Made by a program: the position numbers and the translations under genes. From the NCBI RefSeq assembly GCF_900289195.1, contig NZ_OMOH01000005.1, positions 30,001-62,000 of the forward strand: a stretch of 32,000 bases of DNA, given 5' to 3'. The stretch is from Propionibacterium ruminifibrarum (GTDB lineage: Bacteria > Actinomycetota > Actinomycetes > Propionibacteriales > Propionibacteriaceae). Position 1 is the first letter of the stretch; each line of letters starts with the position of its first letter. A model generated the notes under the pieces. It made no database searches. It saw only the letters and a program-made list of their open reading frames with translations, and was not told where the DNA came from. This document shows positions 1 to 7,491 of the stretch, in pieces.

Positions 1-1905
1 ATCACCGCCCAGCTCGGCCGCGCCGACGCCGTGATCACCATCCACGGCGGCACCAGCCGCGAGGACCGCAAGGCCGCCCAGGAGCAGTTCACCCACAGTC
101 CCGAGACCGTGGTGCTGCTGGCCACCGACGCCGCAGGCGAGGGCCTCAACCTGCAACGCGCCCACCTCATGGTGAACTACGACCTGCCGTGGAACCCCAA
201 CCGCATCGAACAACGCTTCGGACGCATCCACCGCATCGGCCAGCGCGAGGTCTGCCACCTGTGGAACCTGGTGGCCTCCGACACCCGCGAGGGCGACGTG
301 TTCAACCGCCTGCTCAGCAAGATCGACCAGATGGGCAAGGCCTACGACGGCAACCTGTTCAACGTGCTGGGGGAGCGCGACGCCTTCCAGGAGCGCTCAC
401 TGCGCGATCTGCTCATCGAGGCCATCCGCTACGGCGACCAGCCCGAGGTCAAGGCCAGGCTGGGCAAGATCATCGACGCCGGGGTCTCGGCCGGCCTGGG
501 CGAGATGATACGCGAACGGGCCCTGCACCCCCAGATGTTCAGCGCCCTCGACCTGGACGCGGTACGGGCCCGCATGGAGCTGGCCAGGGAACGACGCCTG
601 CAACCCGGCTACATCGCCGCCTTCTTCCTGTCCGCATTCGAGCGGCTCGGCGGCCGCATCCGACGGCGCGAGAGCGGCCGCTACCAGATCACCCGCGTCC
701 CCGAGCGCCTCGTGGGCATCGCGCGGCGCGCCAACCGGTGGGCGCCGGTCGCGGACTCCTACGAACGCGTCACCTTCGAACTGGAGCGGGTCAGGGTCGA
801 CGGGCGCCCCACCGCCTCCCTCATCGCCCCCGGCCATCCGCTGCTGGGCGCCGTGATCGAGGCCACCATCGCCGACCTCGGCGAGGCCCTGTCCGCCGGC
901 ACCGTCCTGGTGGACCGCCGCAGCACCCAGGCCGAGACGCCCATGCTCATGTACACCGTCGAGCAGCGCATCCACAACGCCACATCGAAGGCCGACACCG
1001 TCTCACATCACTTCGACTACCCGCTCCTGGCCCGCGACGGCACGGTCACCGTCTCACCGGCCCCGCCCTACCTCGACTACGAGTCCCCGCGCGCGGGCGA
1101 ACGTGAGGCCATCGCAGCGGTGATTCGCGGCGAGTGGGTGCGTCAGAGCCACGACAAGGCGGTGCGGGCACACGCCTACCGCGAGGGGCTCTTGCCCAGG
1201 ATGGAAGAGGTCAGGGCCCGGCTGGAGGCCGAGGCGGCCCGCACCCGGGTGCAGGTCAAGGACCGGCTGCTGGCCGAGGTCAACCACTGGGACGCCGAGT
1301 ACAACCGCCTCGACGCCCTGGAGCGCTCCGGGGTCATCGGCCGGCTGCGGGCCGAGACCGCGCTGGCGAGGGCCCGCCAGCTCGACGACCGGCTCGACCG
1401 GCGCCTTCACGAACTCGACCAGGTGACGAATCTCGTCGCCGTGCCCTCGGTGATCCGCGGCACGGCACTCATCGTCCCCTCCCGCATGCTCGCACCCAGC
1501 CCCGGCGTGTTCGCCCACGAGACCGAGCAGGTGGAACGCCGCGCCGTCGAGGCGGTGCTCGCCGCGGAACGCGCCCTGGGGCGTACGCCGGTGGAGATGC
1601 CCCGCAACAATCCCGGCTACGACATCCGCTCCATCGACCAGGCCGGACGCACCCACTACATCGAGGTGAAGGGCCGCATCCACGGCGCCGAGACCTTCAC
1701 GATCACCACCAACGAGGTCACCTTCGCCCAGACCCAGGGCGACCGCCACCGGCTGGCGCTGGTCGAGGTCTCACCCGACGGCCCCGGGCATGACCGGCTC
1801 CGCTACGTGACGCAGGCCTTCTCACACATCGAACCGTCCGCCACCACCCGCTCCTACAACGAGGAGTGGCGCGGCTACTGGACCAGGGGCGGCCCGCCCC
1901 GATGA
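1..1905 (+). CDS. SNF2-family helicase, C-terminal part (5' end lies outside the window), with a C-terminal DUF3883-type PD-(D/E)xK nuclease-like domain
   Basis: Frame 1 is open from base 1 (ITAQLGRADA precedes the tracked GTG at 31). Helicase motif V is LLATDAAGEGLNLQ and motif VI is QRFGRIHRIGQ. The C-terminal GYDIRS...HYIEVKGR...FTITTNEVTFAQ...RLALVEV matches the DUF3883 signature. Confidence 0.85.
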   Translation: MTAQLGRADAVITIHGGTSREDRKAAQEQFTHSPETVVLLATDAAGEGLNLQRAHLMVNYDLPWNPNRIEQRFGRIHRIGQREVCHLWNLVASDTREGDVFNRLLSKIDQMGKAYDGNLFNVLGERDAFQERSLRDLLIEAIRYGDQPEVKARLGKIIDAGVSAGLGEMIRERALHPQMFSALDLDAVRARMELARERRLQPGYIAAFFLSAFERLGGRIRRRESGRYQITRVPERLVGIARRANRWAPVADSYERVTFELERVRVDGRPTASLIAPGHPLLGAVIEATIADLGEALSAGTVLVDRRSTQAETPMLMYTVEQRIHNATSKADTVSHHFDYPLLARDGTVTVSPAPPYLDYESPRAGEREAIAAVIRGEWVRQSHDKAVRAHAYREGLLPRMEEVRARLEAEAARTRVQVKDRLLAEVNHWDAEYNRLDALERSGVIGRLRAETALARARQLDDRLDRRLHELDQVTNLVAVPSVIRGTALIVPSRMLAPSPGVFAHETEQVERRAVEAVLAAERALGRTPVEMPRNNPGYDIRSIDQAGRTHYIEVKGRIHGAETFTITTNEVTFAQTQGDRHRLALVEVSPDGPGHDRLRYVTQAFSHIEPSATTRSYNEEWRGYWTRGGPPR

Positions 1906-1948
1906 TCCATCCCCGCCGCCCAATCTCACCGTCGACGAAAGCAGTCCC

Positions 1949-4717
1949 GTGACCAAGAAGAAACTCATCGAGACCTCCCTGCCGCTGGAGGCCATCAACG
2001 CCGCCTCCGCCCGCGAGAAGTCGATTCGTCACGGGCACCCGTCCACCCTGCACCTGTACTGGTCCCGCAAACCATTGGCCACCGCCCGTGCCGTGCTGTT
2101 CGCCCAACTCGTCGACGACCCCGCCTCCCGGCCCGAGGAATTCCCCACGACCGCGGAGCAGGATGCCGAGCGGGCGAGACTGCACGCGCTCATGGAGAAG
2201 CTGGTGGTCTGGGAGAACAGCTGGGACGAAGGTCTGCTGCGCCAGGCTCGTGACGAGATCCGCAAGAGCAACGACGGCCGGCTCCCGCCGGTGCTCGACC
2301 CGTTCGCCGGTGGCGGTTCCATCCCGCTGGAGGCGCAGCGGCTCGGCCTGGAGGCCCACGCCAGCGACCTCAACCCCCTCGCCGTGCTCATCAACAAGGC
2401 GCTCATCGAGATCCCGCCCAAGTTCGCAGGAATGGCCCCGGTCAACCCGGACGCCCGCGACCAGAGCCTCTACCAGCGCGCGGAGGGGCTGGCCGCGGAC
2501 GTGCGCTACTACGGGCAGTGGATGCGCGACGAGGCGGAGCGCCGCATCGGTCACCTCTACCCGAAGGTCACCGCCCCCGACGGAACCGAGCACACCGTCA
2601 TCGCTTGGAAATGGGCGCGCACCGTCAAGAGTCCCAACCCGGCCAACCCCATCGAGGTGCCCCTGGTGAACTCGTGGTGGCTCAGCAAGAAGAAGGGCAA
2701 AGAGGCTTGGGTGCGCGCCACAGTGCGGGGCGGACAGGTGCACTACGAGGTAGTGCACAGCGCCGATGGGCCACGCGGCGAGGACGAGTGGACTATCAAG
2801 CATGGGAAAGGTGCGAAAGCAGTTGGTGATGGAACTCCCTTCAGCTACGACTACATCCGAGAAGAGGGGCTCAATGGTCGAATAGGATCCCATCTCATCG
2901 GTATTGTGGCAGAAGGGCAGCGGGGGCGTTTGTATTTCTCGCCATCGCAGGATCATGTTGCTGCGGCGCAGGTGGCACGTCCTGATATCAGTGTAGATGG
3001 CCAGATCGCAACCAATCCCAGGTGGTTCTCGCCTCCGGCCTATGGGAAGAAATACTTCTCCGAACTTTTCACGAACCGCCAGCTCGTGGCCATGACGACC
3101 CTCAGTGACCTCGTCGCTGAGGCGCGGGAGCGAGTAGTGAATGATGCTCTGCCTAAGGGGTTGCCAACAGGAGACCGTCTTGAGGCTGGTGGCAATGGCG
3201 CCCAAGCCTACGCCGATGCGGTGGCTACGTACCTTGCGCTAGGGGTGAGTCGTACTGTCGACTACTGCAATGCCATGTGTAGCTGGCATTCTGGGCGAGA
3301 TACGATCCGTAACATTTTTTCAAGGCAAGCCATTCCTATGGTCTGGGATTACGCCGAGGTGAATCCTTTTTCGGGTTCTTCGGGTAATTTTCTTGGTCAA
3401 GTTGAATGGGTTGTCAAAGCTCTCGAGTGTGTTCCAGCATCTGCCTGTGGCACTGCTGCACAAATCAGTGCTGTGGAGCGTGACTACAGTGGCCTCGTTG
3501 TCTCGACGGATCCGCCCTACTACGACAACATCGGTTACTCTGATTTGTCGGATTTCTTCTACGTTTGGCTGCGCCGCTCACTCAGGGACATTCATCCGAC
3601 GGTTGTCAGCACGATGCTCACCCCCAAGGCCGACGAACTCGTCGCCAATCCGTACCGTCACGACGGCAAGGAAGGGGCGGAACGGTTCTTCATCGACGGC
3701 TTCAACTCCGTCTTCGCTCGCGTCCGCCAAGGCGACAACCAAGCGGTGCCTATGACGGTGTACTACGCCTACAAACAGCAGGACGCGGAGGCCGATGGTA
3801 CCTCGTCCACCGGCTGGCACACCCTTCTTGACGGGCTCATCAAGGCCGGCTGGGAGATCACCGCCACGTGGCCGATGCGTAGCGAACTGACAAATCGGAT
3901 GCTCTCTCAGGGCACCAATGCTCTGGCGTCCTCGATCGTTCTGGCCTGCCGCCCCCGCCCCGTCGATGCGGAGTCCACCACCCGCCGGGCGTTCGTGGCT
4001 CGCCTCAAATCTGAACTGCCGGGGGCACTGCGCACGCTCATGCAGGGCGCCATCGCTCCGGTGGATCTGGCGCAGGCCGCCATCGGCCCCGGCATCTCGG
4101 TGTTCTCCCGGTATGCGCGGGTGCGTGAGGCGGACGGCTCCGACATGAGCGTGAAGGACGCGTTGCTGCTGATCAACGCAACCCTCGACGAGGTGCTCGG
4201 TGAGCAGGAGTCCGACTTCGACCCCGACACCCGTTTCGCCGTCAGGTGGTACCGCAGCTACGGCTGGGCCACCGAGAGCTCGGGCATGGCCGACCAGCTC
4301 GCCCGCGCCTCGGACACCTCCATCGGGGCGCTGGAACGCGGCGGAATCTTCGAAGCCAAGGGCGGCAAGGCCCGGCTGCTGCCGCCGGCCGAGCTGCAGG
4401 ACGCCTGGAACCCCGCGTCCGACGAACGCCTGAGCGTCTGGGAGGCCACGGTGCGCCTGGCCGCGGTCATGGACGATCAGGGAGCCGACGCGGTGGCCCA
4501 ACTACTGGCCGAGGCGCGGGACCACGTGAACCTCGACGCCGTCAAGGAACTGGGCTTCCTGCTGTTCCACGAGGCCGAGAAGAAGAACCAGGCCAAGGAC
4601 GCGCTGCTGTTCAACGGCCTCGTCAGCGCCTGGGGCGACATAGCGGAGCAGGCCCGCCGCATCGACCCGAGCTCCCGATCGGCACAGGCGGCGTTCGACT
4701 TCAACGAGGAAGAGTAA
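1949..4717 (+). CDS. DUF1156-family DNA methyltransferase (amino-methyltransferase type with DPPY catalytic motif)
   Basis: 922-aa ORF with a GTG start 43 nt after the helicase stop. N-terminal LIETSLPLEAINAASAREKSIRHGHPSTLHLYWSRKPL is the DUF1156 signature. SAM-binding motif I is LDPFAGGGSIPLEA. Catalytic motif IV is STDPPYY (DPPY at nt 3509-3520). Confidence 0.9.
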   Translation: MTKKKLIETSLPLEAINAASAREKSIRHGHPSTLHLYWSRKPLATARAVLFAQLVDDPASRPEEFPTTAEQDAERARLHALMEKLVVWENSWDEGLLRQARDEIRKSNDGRLPPVLDPFAGGGSIPLEAQRLGLEAHASDLNPLAVLINKALIEIPPKFAGMAPVNPDARDQSLYQRAEGLAADVRYYGQWMRDEAERRIGHLYPKVTAPDGTEHTVIAWKWARTVKSPNPANPIEVPLVNSWWLSKKKGKEAWVRATVRGGQVHYEVVHSADGPRGEDEWTIKHGKGAKAVGDGTPFSYDYIREEGLNGRIGSHLIGIVAEGQRGRLYFSPSQDHVAAAQVARPDISVDGQIATNPRWFSPPAYGKKYFSELFTNRQLVAMTTLSDLVAEARERVVNDALPKGLPTGDRLEAGGNGAQAYADAVATYLALGVSRTVDYCNAMCSWHSGRDTIRNIFSRQAIPMVWDYAEVNPFSGSSGNFLGQVEWVVKALECVPASACGTAAQISAVERDYSGLVVSTDPPYYDNIGYSDLSDFFYVWLRRSLRDIHPTVVSTMLTPKADELVANPYRHDGKEGAERFFIDGFNSVFARVRQGDNQAVPMTVYYAYKQQDAEADGTSSTGWHTLLDGLIKAGWEITATWPMRSELTNRMLSQGTNALASSIVLACRPRPVDAESTTRRAFVARLKSELPGALRTLMQGAIAPVDLAQAAIGPGISVFSRYARVREADGSDMSVKDALLLINATLDEVLGEQESDFDPDTRFAVRWYRSYGWATESSGMADQLARASDTSIGALERGGIFEAKGGKARLLPPAELQDAWNPASDERLSVWEATVRLAAVMDDQGADAVAQLLAEARDHVNLDAVKELGFLLFHEAEKKNQAKDALLFNGLVSAWGDIAEQARRIDPSSRSAQAAFDFNEEE

Positions 4718-4720
4718 GCC

Positions 4721-5551
4721 ATGGCCACGAAGCAGTCCCAGCCCCCACGTGGCCAAAAGGATGGCCCCGGCGCGGCGACCGCGTCCGCGGCCTCGTCCGG
4801 GGCTTACGTGCCCAAGGCTACCACCCCGGGTGACGCTTGGACCAGTCCGGTGGTTCCGTCCGATGCCTCGGATGGATCGTCCTCGGCTCCAGTTCCGGTC
4901 GGCATGCTGTTCCGACTGTTGAGCACAGAACGTATGGCCACCTATGCTGCCGAGTGCGCAGAGGACATGGAGCAGGCTCTGCGCCTTTACGCGTGGAACA
5001 CCGCGGTCTCCGCAGCCCTATGGGGAAGCTTCAACATTCTTGAGGTCACGCTGCGGAACGCTGTCGATCGTCAGCTGGCTGAACTTGCAGGGCGCACGGA
5101 CTGGTGGCGCGGGGAGAACCTGCTGCGCGATCAGGAAAGCCGTATTGCTCAGGATGCGGTGAGGGCGGCGAAGCGAACACACTCCGACCTCGAGATCCAG
5201 CCCGGGCACACCGTGGCAGAACTGACTCTTGGCTTCTGGGTCGGACTGCTCGCCAACAGGTATCACCAGCGGCTGTGGGTGCCCGCTCTTCATCGAGCCT
5301 TCCCCTACTGGCACGAAACGCGTAGGGAGCTGCATCGCAGGCTCGAGTCGCTGCGCAAGCTTCGTAACCGAGTTGCCCACCACGAACCGATCTTTGCCCG
5401 AAAACTAGTGGTAGACCATGACCAGTTGCTCGAAATTCTCGAAGGAATCGCCCCAGAGGCGGCAGCATGGGTTCGGCAGAACTCTCGCGTCCCGGACGTG
5501 CTCAGCCGACGCGCCCAGATTATTGCAGGCGCTGACAGTACCACCTTCTAG
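4721..5551 (+). CDS. Abi_2 / AbiD-AbiF-like abortive-infection protein (HEPN fold)
   Basis: LRKLRNRVAHHEPIF (RNxxAH HEPN motif, nt 5363-5380) plus N-terminal LRLYAWNTAVSAALWGSFNILEVTLRNAV are typical of the Abi_2 family. ATG 4721 lies 3 nt after the methylase stop and has a GAGGA Shine-Dalgarno about 10 nt upstream. The recognisable domain only begins near the alternative ATG at 4904 (MLFRLLSTER), so the start is ambiguous. Confidence 0.7.
   Translation: MATKQSQPPRGQKDGPGAATASAASSGAYVPKATTPGDAWTSPVVPSDASDGSSSAPVPVGMLFRLLSTERMATYAAECAEDMEQALRLYAWNTAVSAALWGSFNILEVTLRNAVDRQLAELAGRTDWWRGENLLRDQESRIAQDAVRAAKRTHSDLEIQPGHTVAELTLGFWVGLLANRYHQRLWVPALHRAFPYWHETRRELHRRLESLRKLRNRVAHHEPIFARKLVVDHDQLLEILEGIAPEAAAWVRQNSRVPDVLSRRAQIIAGADSTTF
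4761..4820 (+). repeat. Junction repeat copy A (hairpin-forming, GC-rich)
   Basis: atGgccccggcgcggcgaccgcGTCCgcggcctcgtccggggctTacgtG... aligns without gaps to 6691-6750 at about 50 of 60 positions. The outer 7-bp stem is gccccgg/ccggggc, and an inner stem flanks the variable centre. Confidence 0.8.
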
Positions 5552-5581
5552 AGGACAACGATGGCGATGAACAACCGAGAT
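5542..5581 (+). repeat. Direct repeat copy 1 (Abi stop, RBS and codons 1-7 MAMNNRD)
   Basis: cacCttctagAGgacaacgatggcgatgaacaaccgagat matches 7452-7491 at 37 of 40 positions. Weaker similarity extends about 12 nt further upstream. Confidence 0.9.
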
Positions 5582-6676
5582 AAAGCGCGGCGTGATGGTG
5601 CAGCAAGCCGCCATTCTGCCCCAGGTCTGACGCCGTTCCCGGCCTTCGCGGAATCGGTCAGTGCTGGTGACGGTGAACTCGTGGAGCAGGTGTCGGCTCT
5701 GATCGACCAGGCTCAAGCGTTCGCTGCGGCGCAGGCGAACGCGACCTTGACCCTGCGGAACTGGTACATCGGGCGCTTGATTGACGTAGCCGTGCTGCGC
5801 GAGGGCCGCGCAGGGCACGATCAAGAACTTGTTGCGTCACTGGCGCAACAATTGACCTCAAGGTACGGGCGCGGCTATGACCGGACAAACCTGTACCGGA
5901 TGGTGCGATTCTCCCAACAGTTCACCGATCCAGAACGTGTTGCGTCGCTGGCGCAACATGTCAGTTGGACTCACTTCCGCGAGCTGCTCCCACTCGGCTC
6001 CGATGAGGCGCGCATCTTCTACGTGCAGGAGACTATCGATCGCCGACTCAGCGTCCGGGAGCTGCGCCACGCCATCTCCCGCAAGGCTTTCGAGCGCCGC
6101 GAGATCGCCGACTCACAGATTCCCGAAGGGTCAGGAACGCCACTGGACGCGTTCCGCGACCCGATGCTGCTCGACATGCTCGGTCTCGCGGACACGTTCC
6201 TGGAGCGCGACCTCGAAGCCGCCCTGCGTCATGACATGGAGGCGTTCCTGCTGGAAGCCGGCCGCGGGTGGGCGTTCGTTGAACGGCAGAAGCGCATGAC
6301 CTTCGACGGCGATGACTACTTCCTCGACCTGCTGTTCTACTCAAGGCCACTGCATCGGTTGATTGCGGTTGAGCTGAAGGTCGGAAAATTCAAGCCCAGT
6401 TATCAAGGGCAGATGAACTTCTATCTGAAGTGGCTCGACAGGTACGAACGGCAGGCTGACGAGAACCCGCCCATTGGCCTGATCCTGTGCACCGAGGCGA
6501 GCCGGGACCAGATCGAGTTGCTTGAGTTGCACAAGGACGGGATTGTCGTCGCCGAGTACTGGACGACGCTGCCGCCCAAGGCCGAGCTCCAGGCCCGGAT
6601 CGCCCAGATCTACCGGGAGGCCCAGGAGCGGATCGCCCGGCGGCAGCTCACGGCGCCGGAGGCCAGCGATGAGTAA
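5561..6676 (+). CDS. DUF1016 / YhcG-like PD-(D/E)xK nuclease domain protein
   Basis: N-terminal helical region ANATLTLRNWYIGRLI. C-terminal nuclease core YFLDLLFYSRPLHRLIAVELKVGKFKPSYQGQMNFYLKWLD (D...ExK). The first 7 codons (MAMNNRD) and the RBS are a copy of the DUF499 gene start. Confidence 0.85.
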   Translation: MAMNNRDKARRDGAASRHSAPGLTPFPAFAESVSAGDGELVEQVSALIDQAQAFAAAQANATLTLRNWYIGRLIDVAVLREGRAGHDQELVASLAQQLTSRYGRGYDRTNLYRMVRFSQQFTDPERVASLAQHVSWTHFRELLPLGSDEARIFYVQETIDRRLSVRELRHAISRKAFERREIADSQIPEGSGTPLDAFRDPMLLDMLGLADTFLERDLEAALRHDMEAFLLEAGRGWAFVERQKRMTFDGDDYFLDLLFYSRPLHRLIAVELKVGKFKPSYQGQMNFYLKWLDRYERQADENPPIGLILCTEASRDQIELLELHKDGIVVAEYWTTLPPKAELQARIAQIYREAQERIARRQLTAPEASDE

Positions 6677-6690
6677 CCCCACATACAACG

Positions 6691-6750
6691 ATTGCCCCGG
6701 CGCGGCGACCGCTGGAGCGGCCTCGTCCGGGGCTCACGTCGACAATGCTA
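6691..6750 (+). repeat. Junction repeat copy B
   Basis: atTgccccggcgcggcgaccgcTGGAgcggcctcgtccggggctCacgtC...; see copy A. It begins 15 nt after the DUF1016 stop. Confidence 0.8.
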
Positions 6751-6767
6751 TAGGGGCCAGCAAACCG
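6749..6767 (+). repeat. Left inverted repeat bracketing the mazEF module
   Basis: The reverse complement of tataggggccagcaaaccg matches cggtttgctggccctata at 7395-7412, with a single 1-nt indel (gggg versus ccc). Confidence 0.8.
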
Positions 6768-6821
6768 CGTCGGGCCGGGTGGGGTGGGGGATCGGTAAAC
6801 CGACAGGGATACACTCAAGGT

Positions 6822-7070
6822 ATGACTTCGTTGACCACTATCAAGGTGTCCACGGGCACCAGGGACCGGCTGCGCGAGGCCTCCCGCGCCGCGGGCATCT
6901 CTCAGGCTGCGCTCATCGAGCAGATGCTCGACGCGCGCGAGGAGGCCGCCTTCTGGGAGGCCCTCGATGCCGCGCCCCCGTACACCGACGAGGAGCGGGA
7001 GGAGTTCCGTCGCGGCGAGGCGGCCTCGTTGGCGGATGCGGCGCGCCTGTTGGAGGATGAGGAGCGGTGA
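6822..7070 (+). CDS. Ribbon-helix-helix type antitoxin, partner of the MazF/PemK toxin
   Basis: 82-aa acidic protein. N-terminal TTIKVSTGTRDRLREASRAAGISQAALIEQML looks like an RHH beta-strand plus two helices. Its stop overlaps the toxin start (GTGA at 7067-7070). An alternative upstream ATG at 6669 has GGAGG 6 nt upstream and would add a 51-aa N-terminal extension, so the start is uncertain. Confidence 0.7.
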   Translation: MTSLTTIKVSTGTRDRLREASRAAGISQAALIEQMLDAREEAAFWEALDAAPPYTDEEREEFRRGEAASLADAARLLEDEER

Positions 7071-7381
7071 CGCCTCTGCCCCATCCGGGCGACGTGGCGT
7101 GGCTTGACATGTCCCCGACCATCGGGCGGGAGCAGCGGGGCCACCGCCCCTATCTCGTGCTCTCCGATGCCCGGCTCCACCGGGCGCGACAGCTGGTGAT
7201 CGGGGTGCCGCTCACGACGCGCAACAGTCCGATCCCCACGCGCGTCGCCGTCGGCGAGGGGTCGTACGCCATCGCGGAACAACCCACGACGTTCTCGATG
7301 GAGAGGATCACCAGGGTGGAGGCCCGCGGCCTCGACACCGCCGAGGTGCGGCGCGTCATCGTTCGGCTGCTCGGGGGATGA
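7067..7381 (+). CDS. mazF: MazF/PemK-family type II toxin (endoribonuclease)
   Basis: 104 aa. PGDVAWLDMSPTIGREQRGHRPYLVLS ... VIGVPLTTR is the typical PemK/MazF N-terminal SH3-like signature. There is a 4-nt overlap with the upstream antitoxin. Confidence 0.85.
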   Translation: MTPLPHPGDVAWLDMSPTIGREQRGHRPYLVLSDARLHRARQLVIGVPLTTRNSPIPTRVAVGEGSYAIAEQPTTFSMERITRVEARGLDTAEVRRVIVRLLGG

Positions 7382-7394
7382 ACCTCCTTGAGGT

Positions 7395-7412
7395 CGGTTT
7401 GCTGGCCCTATA
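7395..7412 (+). repeat. Right inverted repeat bracketing the mazEF module
   Basis: cggtttgctggccctata, 14 nt after the mazF stop; see the left repeat. Confidence 0.8.
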
Positions 7413-7451
7413 CAAGCATCACCCGGGACGTCGTCACCGGGACTGAAGCAT

Positions 7452-7491
7452 CACGTTCTAGGAGACAACGATGGCGATGAACAACCGAGAT
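7452..7491 (+). repeat. Direct repeat copy 2 (RBS and codons 1-7 of the DUF499 ATPase gene)
   Basis: cacGttctagGAgacaacgatggcgatgaacaaccgagat; see copy 1. Confidence 0.9.

Noticed and set aside
4761-6750. Integron attC-like interpretation of the hairpin junction repeats.
   Set aside because: There is no integron integrase in the window. I could not find the GTTRRRY/RYYYAAC core sites, and the genes are translationally coupled rather than arranged as promoterless cassettes behind attI. It is kept only as a generic junction repeat.
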